A stretch of DNA of 64,000 nucleotides, from NCBI RefSeq assembly GCF_009914755.1, contig NC_060938.1. The stretch is one strand, 5' to 3'. The stretch is from the human T2T-CHM13v2.0 reference genome, Homo sapiens. Shown here piece after piece: positions 38,906-50,945 of this stretch. The stretch's first letter is position 1. Each line of letters starts with the position of its first letter. The notes under the pieces are model-generated. The model was not told the origin of the DNA. It saw only the letters and a program-made list of their open reading frames with translations, and did not search any database. A program made the position numbers and the translations under genes.

Positions 38906-39739
38906 TAAAAAAATGAAAAGAATTTTTCTTTCCAATTATGACATATATATTTAAGATCCATTCAATAACTCTAAAAAACAAGTAATTTTAGCTTTAACAT
39001 AATTAGTGGGAAAAACAATAACAGTGCAGCATTCAAATTCTCTAAATTAATATCCACCTATCTATCTATTTTTGTTTCCACCCACGATGGTGATTCTCTG
39101 AAGAGAATTAAACAAACACAAGATGTATATCATCTTTACCTACATTTTTCCCATTTCTTTTTATTTTACTGTATTATTTGTGGGAAAGTAGTAAACACTG
39201 TGTTCTGGAAAGTGTTTTTTTCAATATATTATTTGCATTCAGGGAATGCAAAGAACTCCTGTACTCGGAATGGAGGCTAGCATGATGGCTGGGTTGGAGC
39301 TTCCTTGCTGCTTTCAACCCCTGTGCACGACAAAGAAGTCTCTGCTTGAATAACTTTAAACTACTTAGCATGAGCTAATAGCAACCCTTGCAAGTGATAT
39401 TAATGGCATAACATGGAATAAAGTAACTCAAAGGGGAATATGTTCTTGGAATACAGAATTACATAGAAAATGACAAAGGAAGAAAAAACAAAATTATTTT
39501 TGTAATATGGCTTAGAAGGTTGTCCTTTTAAAATCTTTTTGAAAATAATTCCTTTTATGTTTAAGAGTTCCTAGTATTGTTAAAAAAAATCACAAAGAGA
39601 ACATCTATATCTTTTTTCATGAACAGAGACAAACATTCTGACCTCAGGTATGTATTTTTAGTAGGCATTCAGTGACTATCATTTTCATCAGCCTTGATTG
39701 TGCTCAACGATTTCCACGATTTAGCAGTTAAAAATAAAC

Positions 39740-39930
39740 ACTTCTTTAACTAATATTTGCTGAAAAGATCTATGTGCCAGATACTATGCAAAATTCTGGA
39801 CTTTCAATAATGGCACATTTAAAGTTAAGAAACTTAGAATCAAGTTTCCTAGGAGAAAAGTTAATTGATCATTACAATTGAGTGCATAATTAAGTTATGT
39901 AATAGAAGAAAGCAAGCTAGAAAAAAAAGT
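39740..39930 (-). mobile_element. L2 3' fragment
   Basis: 'taatatttgctgaaaagatctatgtgccagatactatgcaaaattctgga'. Confidence 0.6.
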
Positions 39931-39989
39931 CCTAGGATGTAGTAGTAGGGCCAACTACTTAGCTTTGTTGTAATTATAGCAAATGTATT

Positions 39990-42900
39990 AGTGAAATGAA
40001 TTGTAGCATTATCATAATGGATAGGAAGGAGGAATTAAGAATACTCTTTATAAGGCTTTGTACTACATAACTACATGTGGAGTGGTATAGTATTATTTCA
40101 AGGTAGACTTAGTTAAAAATATATATGGTATGTTCTAGGAAAAGCACTATTTTAAAATTTTATGTTAAAAAAACATGAAATTCAATCATATAAAATTTAA
40201 ACCAGAGAATGCAGAAAAGAGGGTAGGTAGGGTAACAAATGCCATAAATAGAAAAGAGTTACATACTTGGGAGATATTTATCTATATCAATAATCACTTC
40301 AAATATGAAATGTCTAAATAAAACAAAAGACATTTTTCAGAGAGAACAAAATAAAAAACAAAAATTGCCTATAGGCTGCCTATAAGAAACCAACTTTAAA
40401 TATAAAGATTCAGATAGGTTAAAAATAAAAGATACAGAAGTATGTATCATGATAATGCCAATCAAAATAAATTGGAATTTTTGATATTAATTGCAGAGAA
40501 ATCTGACTTCAGACCAACAAAAATTATTAGGGATAAAAAGGAGCATTAGTGAAGTCAGCCCAAACATCACTATCAAACAAATTGATCTAATTGACTATTA
40601 CAAAATATTATATTAAACAACAGCAGAGAAAATATTCTTCTCTAGTTCATATGGAACGTTCTTTAAAGTAGATCACATTCTGGGCCATTAACAAATCTTA
40701 GAAAATTTAAGGAAAGCAAAATCTAATATCAATAAGCTGAGCTTCCACCATAAGAAACTAGAGAAAGAGGAGCAATTGACAAAAAAACTAAAGAAAAGTG
40801 AAGAAGAGAAATAATTTTTAAAATTGAGCAGAATTAGTTAAATTGAAAATACGAACACAATAGAGAAAATCAACAAAAGCAAAAGAGGGTTCTTTGAAAA
40901 CATCAATAAACCTGAGAAGCAACTAGGCTAAAATAAAAAGAAGACACAAATAGCCAATATTAGAAATGAAAGAGAGGTTATCATTAGTGATCTCTCACAT
41001 ATTAAAAGTATAATAAACAAATACTCTGATTAACTCTATGCCCAAAGTTTTGATAGCTTCAATAAGATAGTTTAATTTCTTTTAAGATACAGACTATCTA
41101 AACAAAAGGCAATAAGTATTTAAGAAAGAAATGATGCCAGTTCTCCACAATCTTTTCTAGGAAATAGAAGCAGAGAGAACACTTTCTAACACATACTAGA
41201 AATTTAATCATTATCCTTACACCAAAACCAAATAAAAACTTAAGAAAACTATAGATCAACGTATCTCATAAACATAGACAGAAAAACTCTCCAAAATATT
41301 AGCAAATCAAACTTGAACAATGTAAAAAAAAAAAAAAAAGACTTATATGGCCAAGTGGCGTTATTCCAAGTGTGCAAGTTTGAGTCAACATTTGAAAATC
41401 AATGTAATCTACCACATCAACTGCCTAAGAAGAAAAGTATATAATTATATCAATTGATGCAGAAAAGGCCTTTGAAAAGATACAGTACTCCTTCCTGATA
41501 AAAACTCTCAGCAAAGTAGGAAGAGAGGAAAACTTCCAAATACCATAAGGTTCCCACATTTATGCACCATCAAAAAAGGTGGATTCATGGAAATAGAGTA
41601 AAATGGTGATTACCAGAGGCTGGGGGTCCTGGGGGTGGAGTGAAAAGACAGAGATATTGGTCAAAGGACACAAAGTTTTAGTTAGACAGGAGGAATAAGT
41701 TTAAAAGATCTGTAGTACACCATGGTCACTATACTGAATACAATATATTGTGTACTTCAAAATTGCTAAGAGAAGATTTTAGGTGTTCTGAACACAAAAA
41801 TAGTATGCGAAATAATGTATGTTGATTTAGCCATTGCATAATGTATACATATATCAAAATGTCATGTTGTATGACATAAATACATATAATTTTTACTTGT
41901 TAATTAAAAAATAAAAGTTTAAAAAATTGTAGCTGTGCCTAACATCATACCCAGTGTTGAGAGACCGGATATTTTACCTCTAAGATTGAGAACGTGGGAA
42001 AAATAACCTTTTTAACAATCTTATTTAACATCATATTGGAAGTTCTAGCAGGTACAATAAGACAAGAAAACAAAATAAAAGATATACAGATTGAAAAGGA
42101 AGAAATAAAATGTTATTTTATCACTGAGTGTATGGCAGTCTATGAAAAAATTCCAAAAACTCAACATAAAAATCTTTGGAAATAATAACTAAGTATAACA
42201 ATGTGGCAGAATGCAAATTTAATATACAAAAGCAAATTACTTTCCTATATATAAGAAATTGGAATTTGAAATTTTAAAAAGAAATACATTAGGAACGATA
42301 AAAGATAATATACCTAGGTATAAATCTAAAGAGCTATTTACAGAATTTGCATGCAGAAAAGTACAAAACTCTGATGAAAGAAATCAAAAGAAGATCCAAA
42401 TAAATGGAGAGATATTCTGTATTCATAAATTGGAAAAGTTAATATTGTGAAGATGTTAATTCTTCCAGTTTGATCTAAAGATTCAGTGCAATTCCTGTCA
42501 GAATCCCAGCAAGCTACTTTGTAGATATCCACAAAGAGATAATGTTTATATGGAAATAAAAAAAATAAAAAAAAAGCAAAAACAACAACAAAAAAACAAC
42601 GAAATAGCCAACATGATACTGAATAAGTACAACAAAGTGGGAAGACCTTACCCAACTATAAGACTTACTATATTTCAATTTGTCAGTGGAACAGAACAGA
42701 AAGCCCAGAAGTAGACCCACACAGATATTATGAACTGATCTTTGATCTTTGACAAAGAAGCAAGCCAAAAGGTGCTGGAAAAATTGGATATCCATATGAG
42801 AAAAAAAAAAGAATCTAGACACAGAGCTTTCATATTTCACAAAAATTAACTCAAAAGAAACTAGAGAAAAAAATGTAAAATGCAAAACCGTAACATTTCT

Positions 42901-45470
42901 AGAAGATAATATAGGAGAAAATCTAGGTAATTCTGAGTTTGGCAATGAATTTTTTATATATAGCATGAAAAGTATAATCTATGAAAGAAATATTGACATG
43001 TTGGACTTTATTATAATTAAAAGTTTTACTATGTGGAAGACTGTTACCAAATGTAAAGCAAAGGACAGACTAGGACAAAATTTGCACAACACATATCTAA
43101 TAAGTGTTTAGTATTCAAAATTTGCAAACAGCTCCTAAATGTCATCAATAAGAGAATAAACAATGTAATTTTAAGGAAAATGATCTGAACAGACAATTCA
43201 CCAAAGAACATTATACTAATGAAAAAAATGATATAAGACAAGATGATCAGCACACGATTTCATTATGGAGTACCAAATCAAAACAGCAATGAAATAGCAC
43301 TACTAGAATACATAAAATTAAAAAAAAACTGACGTTCACAAATTCTGACAAAGATGCAGAACAGGAACATTTATTAAAAATACAAAATTATACACTGATT
43401 TTGGAAGACCATAGCAGTTTCTTACAAAGGTAAATACAGTCTTACCGTATGACCAACAATTGGACTCCTAAGTATTTACCAACTAATTTAGAAATATATG
43501 TTCACACAAAAACTTACATATGAATGTTTATAACAGCTTTATTCATTCATAATCACCCCAAGTAGAAGCAACTAAGCTGTGCTTCCTTAAGTGAATGCAT
43601 AATCAACTGATATTTTCATACAACAGAATATTATTCAGCTATTTTTAAAAGTTAGCTATTAAGTCACAAAAAGACACGGATGAATCTTAAATTCATATTG
43701 CTTTGGGTAAGAAGTCACTCTGAAAAGTTTACATAATATATGGTTACAATTATAAAACATTCTGGAAGAGACAAACTATAGCTATAGTAAGAATATCAGT
43801 GGTTGCCAGAGGTTCCTAGTGATAGAGTAGTATTTAATGAATAAAGCATAAGGGACTTTTTCAGGATGGTGAAACTATTAAATATGATACTATAGTGGTA
43901 GATATATGACACTATACATTTATCAAAATGCATAGAATTTTACAACACATAGAGTAAACTTAAATCTGTGTAATTAAAAAAATCATTTAGGAGGTTGGCA
44001 GGGTGTCCTGGGATAGAATACAGAATGTGATAAAACAATCTACAAATGTATACAGTTAACAAATGTATAAAACAAATTCACTGACAGTTGTGGGTGGTTC
44101 TAAATTTGCTGACCTAAGTAACTCTGAAAATGATTAGAACTGGAAATAAAAGTAAAGGCAAAAGAGATTGCTCATAAAGATTACGTTCTAGTTGATAAAA
44201 TTAGTTCTCATGAGTATTGACTGAGTTAACAATTCTGATATTGTTATGCACATATACCAGAAATTAACAAGTAAGTAAATGAATGGTAGATGGTGGGAAC
44301 CAAGTTTCTTGCTGCTGTATTGGAAGGTTACAGACAAGCAAGAGAAGGAGACTACAATGATGTATGTGATACTGCATTACAGTTGGAAGCATCAGTATAT
44401 ACTCATGTTTAGCTTAATATATACACAGATATTTACACAGAAACATATTTGTAAGTATGTGCATATGCACATATTTAAGCATACACATATTTTTTAGCAT
44501 ACACATATTTTTTCTTACTCTTTCAGATGAGGAGTCCTAAAAACAAGGACATCCAAGTAGCAATAAGCTCATTTAGAATGTAGATGTAGGTTTTTGATAC
44601 CATTAGCCTTAAAAGAAACAAATTCTCCTAGAATAAATGACCAATTCTGGGATTGGAGAGTAAATATACAAGATGAGCCTGCAGCATCTTGTAGTGCCAT
44701 AGGTAAGGAAATCCTAGAAACTCACATGTACAAGGACAGAATTAGATGATCGAATAAAGAAAGAAATGGAGAAGAGACAACTCTTTTGTGCAAAATAATT
44801 TGAAATAACTTGTGTGGATACTTTGCCCTCAAGAAAAGTGAGCATAACTCTTTACTCCTTAAATGTGTGTCACACACAGTGACTTCCTTCCAATGAGTAC
44901 AATATGGAAAGGACAATGAAAGAGTGACTTTACGGTGGAGAAACCTGACAAAGCCTACCTCATTCAGGTGATCAAATTCAACATTAATGGCTTAAAGTAC
45001 CCTTTGCCTGATGTGATAAAATGGCATTTGAATTTTGTGTTCTCCCTCCCCAAAACCCATATCCACAGTCTAATTATGGGCAAACATCAGGTGTATTTCA
45101 CTGGAGGGCTATTCTGTAAAACTCCTGACCAGTACTCCTGAAAACTGTCAAGGTTTTAAAACACAAGGTTTGTCTAAGAAACTGTCATGGCCATAAAGAG
45201 CCTAAAGAAATATGTCGATTAAATGAAATGTGGTTTCCTAAATGAGATCTTGGAATAGAAAAAGGACATAAGGTAAAAATGAAATGAATCTAAATAAAGT
45301 ATAAGCTTAATGACAATCTGTCAATGTTGGTTTACTCTATGTGACAAATGAGCCATACTAACATAAAACGTTAATAGGAGAAACTGGGTTCAATGTACAT
45401 GGGAACACTCTACCTTCCTTACAATTTCTATCGATCTAGAAACTGTTCTAAAAAATAAATTTTATTAGAA
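39990..45470 (+). mobile_element. Long ancient L1 (L1MC3/L1MD-like): internally deleted ORF2 plus ~2-kb 3'UTR
   Basis: ORF2p remnants (41994-42185 ILFNIILEVLAGTIRQENKIKDIQIEKEEIK); 3'UTR motif 'gagcataactctttactccttaaatgtg...gtgacttccttccaa'; end 'aactgttctaaaaaataaattttatt'. Confidence 0.88.
41537..41926 (+). mobile_element. L1MA6/7-like 3' end nested in the older L1
   Basis: 'ggtcaaaggacacaaagttttagttagacaggaggaataagtt...aaattgctaagaga...tacatataatttttacttgttaattaaaaa'. Confidence 0.88.
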
Positions 45471-45629
45471 ACTACAGGAGGCTTAAGGGAAAATGATATT
45501 AAGAGTACAACATTAAAAAACTTTGACAGTAACACATAAAAATGATAGGAAACAAATAAGAATAACAGTACAATTCAGCATATGTTAGTGGCTAAGAAGT
45601 GTCTAACTATTATATTAGATGACTTTTTA

Positions 45630-46194
<565 letters not shown>

Positions 46195-46864
46195 TTAAAA
46201 GAGATTAAAAAATCTAGGCTGAGAAAATATTAGGGAAAATTAAAGAGCAGGGAGGGCATAAGGTTATGTCTGATGGGTTGTATGTTGTGCCTGCCTTATC
46301 ATACTTAGTGGAAAATGGGTTCTCTGAAAATAAATTCAGAGATCTAACACCAAAAGGAGAACTGAAGTAGCTAGTAGTTGTCTGACGTGAAGTGATATGT
46401 GTGTGCACACTAGGCTATGTGCATGCACATTTTATGTATTGCTACTGAGCTGAGTTCAGTTGGATGCAATGTTCTGGCATTTTCTGAGTTTTTCTTGTAG
46501 ATATAATTGTGCATAAGCAAATGTGAAATTCATGTTATGCATAAATTGTTCCCTAATATATTAAACATATTGAAACAAATTTACATTTTCAAAACAAGTA
46601 TTGTAACACAACTCACTGTACAAACAAATATGAATATAAGTATACATCCTAATCCTCCTCATTCTTACAGAAAAGTAACTTATTTGCTACATATAATCTG
46701 CTTCTTGTTTATTCCATATGAGTGTCAAAGGTATCTGAGAATGACCAAGGTTAAAACCTGATATTTCAGTGATAAAATATCTATATTAGATTTGATGCTG
46801 TACAATCTAGACATCTTTGCCAAACCTTAACTGTAAGTCAGATATTTATAAGCCTCACTTCAGA

Positions 46865-47206
46865 TCTGAAATACTTGTGTGGATTTTAAATAAAAAGATC
46901 TCCAAGACTTACTCTAAACCAGTGTTCCTTAAACTTTACTGGCATAAAAAAATCTTGAAATAATTATTAAAATGGTACATTATCAGGTCTTTCTCCAGAG
47001 CTGGTGAATCAGAATCATGGAAGATGTAGGTAAGGTCCTGAGCCTATGCATTTAATAAATAATCCAATTGATTTTTATTCAAAGTAAGTTTTAGAAACAT
47101 TGTTTTAGACACTGAATCAGAAACTATGTTGCAGGGGCTCTGGTATCTGCATATTTAAAAACCACAACTGGTGATTACCATGAGCATCCTAATTTGAGAA
47201 TTATTT
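46865..47206. mobile_element. MER5B-like MITE (46920-47102) nested in a MER5A-like element
   Basis: cagtg...cattg termini; 8-bp TSD-like ctctaaac/ttttagac; the flanks read as the two halves of another MER5. Confidence 0.65.
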
Positions 47207-47433
47207 CTTTGCATAGTGAATTTAGCTCGGGGCATTCTTACAGCCCAGAAGCCCATAACCATGATCTCTCTGATCAATGATTTTACACAGATTGCCATGT
47301 AGTGGAATGTTGCTTAAGATTCCCACAGGAGCTGGAGTGACTTAGAACAACAGGGTAGAAGTATATTTTAAAACTATGAAGCATAAATGACCTTCCTAAA
47401 GTTGGTGAAAATCCAGGGTAGAAAAAAATACAA

Positions 47434-47548
47434 TTTTTTGTTTTGTTCTGTTTTGTTTTTGAGATGAGGTTTGCTCTGTTGCCTGGGCTGGCATGCAGTG
47501 GCATGATCGTAGCTCACTGCAGCCTTGAACTCCCGGGCTCAAGCAATT
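47434..47548 (-). mobile_element. 5'-truncated AluJ/FLAM fragment
   Basis: T-rich tail, 'gatcgtagctcactgcagccttgaactcccgggctcaagcaat'; degenerate TSD gaaaaaaatacaatt/gaaaaaaaatgtaaatt. Confidence 0.9.
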
Positions 47549-47589
47549 GGGAAAAAAAATGTAAATTATAGAATCTCTGGAGAGTGAAA

Positions 47590-48420
47590 TGAATTGTGTC
47601 GCCATCTTCTTTCCCTCATCTGGAAGCTTATTCTTTCCCATCCTGGATTGCTTGGCTGTCTCTAAGTGTGATTCTGTTCCATTCACTGTTGGCCAGGTCT
47701 GCTAAATGGTTTGCTGATACTGAACTCATACCAGCTGCTCAGATTTCCTTGTCATCTTTTTAATGCTTCTCTGTCTTTCTCTTTTCCTCTGTATTTCTAG
47801 TTCCCTCTCTCACTCTTTTTTTTTCCTTCTTTTTATAAGTCATCCACCTATAAAGAATGTGAACTCCCATCTGCTCAGACCAAGCAGAGGCTAGACCAGA
47901 TGTGAGCTGCAATTTGCTAAATGGGAAACAAACACAAGGAATGCAGCCCGTCTGCCATCTGTTGATGCAGAAAGCAGCAGGGCATGCCTGGCATTTCAAC
48001 AGGGCTCCCCCACTGGGAAATTGAAAGAGAAAAAGCATTTGTTTCGTTTTTCCCCTTTTCTGACCTGACAGCTCCTTTGAGCAAGCTGGGGAGGAGAGGA
48101 GGACATCTTGCCATGAAGAAATGACAGCTGACATAGAAATGTTTGAGCCTAATAAATAAGCTCTATTTTTGCATTAAAAGCTCTGCCCTTGCCACAGGTG
48201 CTTCTTCTCAGTGGTATTGAGCGTCTAATCTCTGTAGTCATCAGGAATGCAGCAGAGTGACAGAGTCCTCTCTTCCAAATTTCTAATCAGATTTTCTCTG
48301 AATGCCACATAGAATGCTCTTGGGAAGGTTAAAGTTAATAAGGCAGGTGAAACAAAAGAGACAGATTTCTCCTGGTTGCCGAGTGCTGGTGTTACCTGGT
48401 CAAGGAACACCTGGTTTACA
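47590..48420. promoter_or_regulatory. Candidate enhancer (bHLH E-box cluster)
   Basis: Non-repeat, higher-GC block with nine CAGATG/CAGCTG/CAGGTG-class E-boxes, TGACAG sites and a YY1-like CGCCATCTT; function is inferred only. Confidence 0.35.
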
Positions 48421-49883
48421 TTTTCAGAAAGAGATGAATATAATAGAACAAGTGGCCTGGGTGACAAGACATGTTAACTTGAACCTCTCTGACCCTGATT
48501 GTGTGAATAGCGTCATTCCATCAATTTCCTTCCTACATGCATATCCTTAGGAAAGACCTCTGTTGCTCACTGGGGTGAATCATGATGAATAAAGTGCAGT
48601 GCCTGTTTACATGAGGCCCCATTATCTAATAAAGTATGTAATTTTTAAAAACATGTACTTTAAAGAAAATGAACTTAGTTTTGACAATGTCCTTATTTAC
48701 TAATGGAGGTAACCCTGGATTTTAATAAGTGTTTTCTTCGAAGAAGGACACATGGGTCTTCCTGATTTTTGCAAGCTCTTTATTTTCTAAATAAAATGTT
48801 AGATTACTTCAAAAATTGCCCGTTTTGTACACAAAATTATCATTTGAATGATTACCAAATAAATGCAAAATTGTTACTAACATCTACAACTTGTAAAAAT
48901 ACTAACTCCTATTTTCAATGTAGATGCTGTTCGAAATAATCAAATTCTGCACATGGTAACTCTAGAACCTATGAGTTCTCCTCACAATACCGTACTATAC
49001 AATAAGTTTTTGCAGTAGAAAAGAGCTATTTTTTTTCTTTTTTTTTTCCAAACAGCCTATACATTTCAAATAAAAACCTACTAAGTGCCAACTTCCATAA
49101 AATGTATTTGGTATGCAGAAATGTGAGTGGTTATCTTCCTCTAACAAATTCATAGTCCATTGAGAGAGAGAGGGCTATAGGCTATAAAAAATACAACCAT
49201 GTATGCATAATGATATTACTGATATCTGTAAATGCAGTAAGAGCACAAATTCTATACAAAGGCTCAGGACATTCTCAAAAAGTAAAAGAATAATAATTGG
49301 AAGTAACCTCATAAGATGAATCCTGAGGAATGTTTTATTTGCTTTAATACTTTTGTTAAGTTAAAGAATAAACCATTCAGATAAAGAAAGGCTGTAAAAC
49401 AATCCTTTTTAAAATAAATATTCTTTAGTTATGGAATATAATTCTGAAACAAATTTTTACAAAAGGCTGTTTTCTTAAATAATGACCTAAACATATGTTG
49501 CTAAGAAAGAAAGGGGGTGATTTTCCAATGAATCCAGGCAATTGGAAAATTAACTGGACTTTAATAGGAATGACACCACCAAAGGTAGAGTGCCAGCCCG
49601 TCTCTGGGGAGATGTTCCTATCAGAAGAACAAGTGAAAACATCACGTGTTCTCAACTAAGGTCTTTAGAATTACTTAAAAGATTACTTTATTGAGATTGT
49701 ATAATATGTACACCACTAACAAGCCCATCTTCCCATGTCTATAAAATAAGAACATGCTCACTGCTTGTTCCCAGACTCTGGAATGGCCCCCCATAGGCAG
49801 TATTGTTGAAGACTATCTACCCCTCAAAAGGTCCCTAGTTGTTTCTGAGACTTCCAAAATAGTTTCCCAAGTGCTAACATCAG

Positions 49884-50589
49884 TGTTAAACTAAGTAGCT
49901 AGACACACATGAGCAGGGCAGGAGAGGGCCTCCCCACTCCAGGAATGTCAGACGACCATCATGTGATGGTCAGATGGTTGTTAAACTGTCTTTCTAAAAT
50001 AATAATTGGTCACAGCTGGCACCAGGGAAAGGCAGTCTCTCAATAGATAGAAAATACCTGAAGCTGGTGATCAGTAGCTTCCCCATAAGATCTTAGAAGT
50101 TGGCCAAGTGGGCTCAAGCATACACACTAAGAGGCAAAATGGTAAAGCTTAAGTGGTATATGACCTTCTTCTAGGAACACTCAACTGGTAAGGGAAAAAT
50201 GCCTCAAATGAGCATATGCACAGCTTCAGTAAACACACTGCACATACAGTCCGTCCTAAGTACTGGCCAGCCTCTGCATGCAGACAGATCACCCTAAGAG
50301 AAGAATCAGAGAAGAAGACACAAAAACCCTGGAATCATTCCAATATATAAAACCCCAAGTCAAGGACTAAATGGCAAACTTGAATCTCTTAAGTTGCCCA
50401 CTTGGCCCTCTTCCAAGTGTACTTTACTTCCTTCCATTCCTGCTCTAAAACTTTTTAATAAACATTCACTCCTGCTCTAAAACTTGCCTCAGTCTCTTCC
50501 TCTGCCTTATGCCCCTTGGACAAATTCTTTCCTTTGAGGAGGCAAGAATCAAGTTGCTGCAGGCCCATACAGATTCACCACTGCTAACA
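49884..50589 (+). mobile_element. MER50-type ERV1 solo LTR
   Basis: TG...CA termini, 706 bp, 'catgagcagggcaggagagggcc'; TATAAAA at ~50346; AATAAA at ~50457; 4-bp TSD tcag/gcag. Confidence 0.88.
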
Positions 50590-50945
50590 GCAGCTTGTCT
50601 TTTGCAGGCCACACATAATGTTTTCTCATTTTTTTTCTTTCTTGCTGAGTCATATTCTCTGCTCTTAAATGTAAATTATAAAAGTTCATTATGATCCCTG
50701 ACAATCAAAAATGTCATTTTCAAAGCAGTCCTGGTTCTTAGGATTGCTAGATGAATGTGATCTAAAGAAGAGTTAGGAAAAGGGCCTTCTCAAATATGTG
50801 TCACATGTTGACACTTGAATTCTGTAATACCTTGAGTCTGTTGTACTTAGAGTTTAACAATTAAATTGAAAAATTCTGTTTTTCTTTTCTCTTTCCATGA
50901 GACTCCAAATCAGGACAGGGATTGGGTGAAAGGAAAATAATACTT

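Noticed and set aside
44478-44513. 18-bp tandem duplication, and similar short repeats at 16099-16142 and 34066-34105
   Set aside because: Ordinary slippage products; no CRISPR-like repeat-spacer periodicity.
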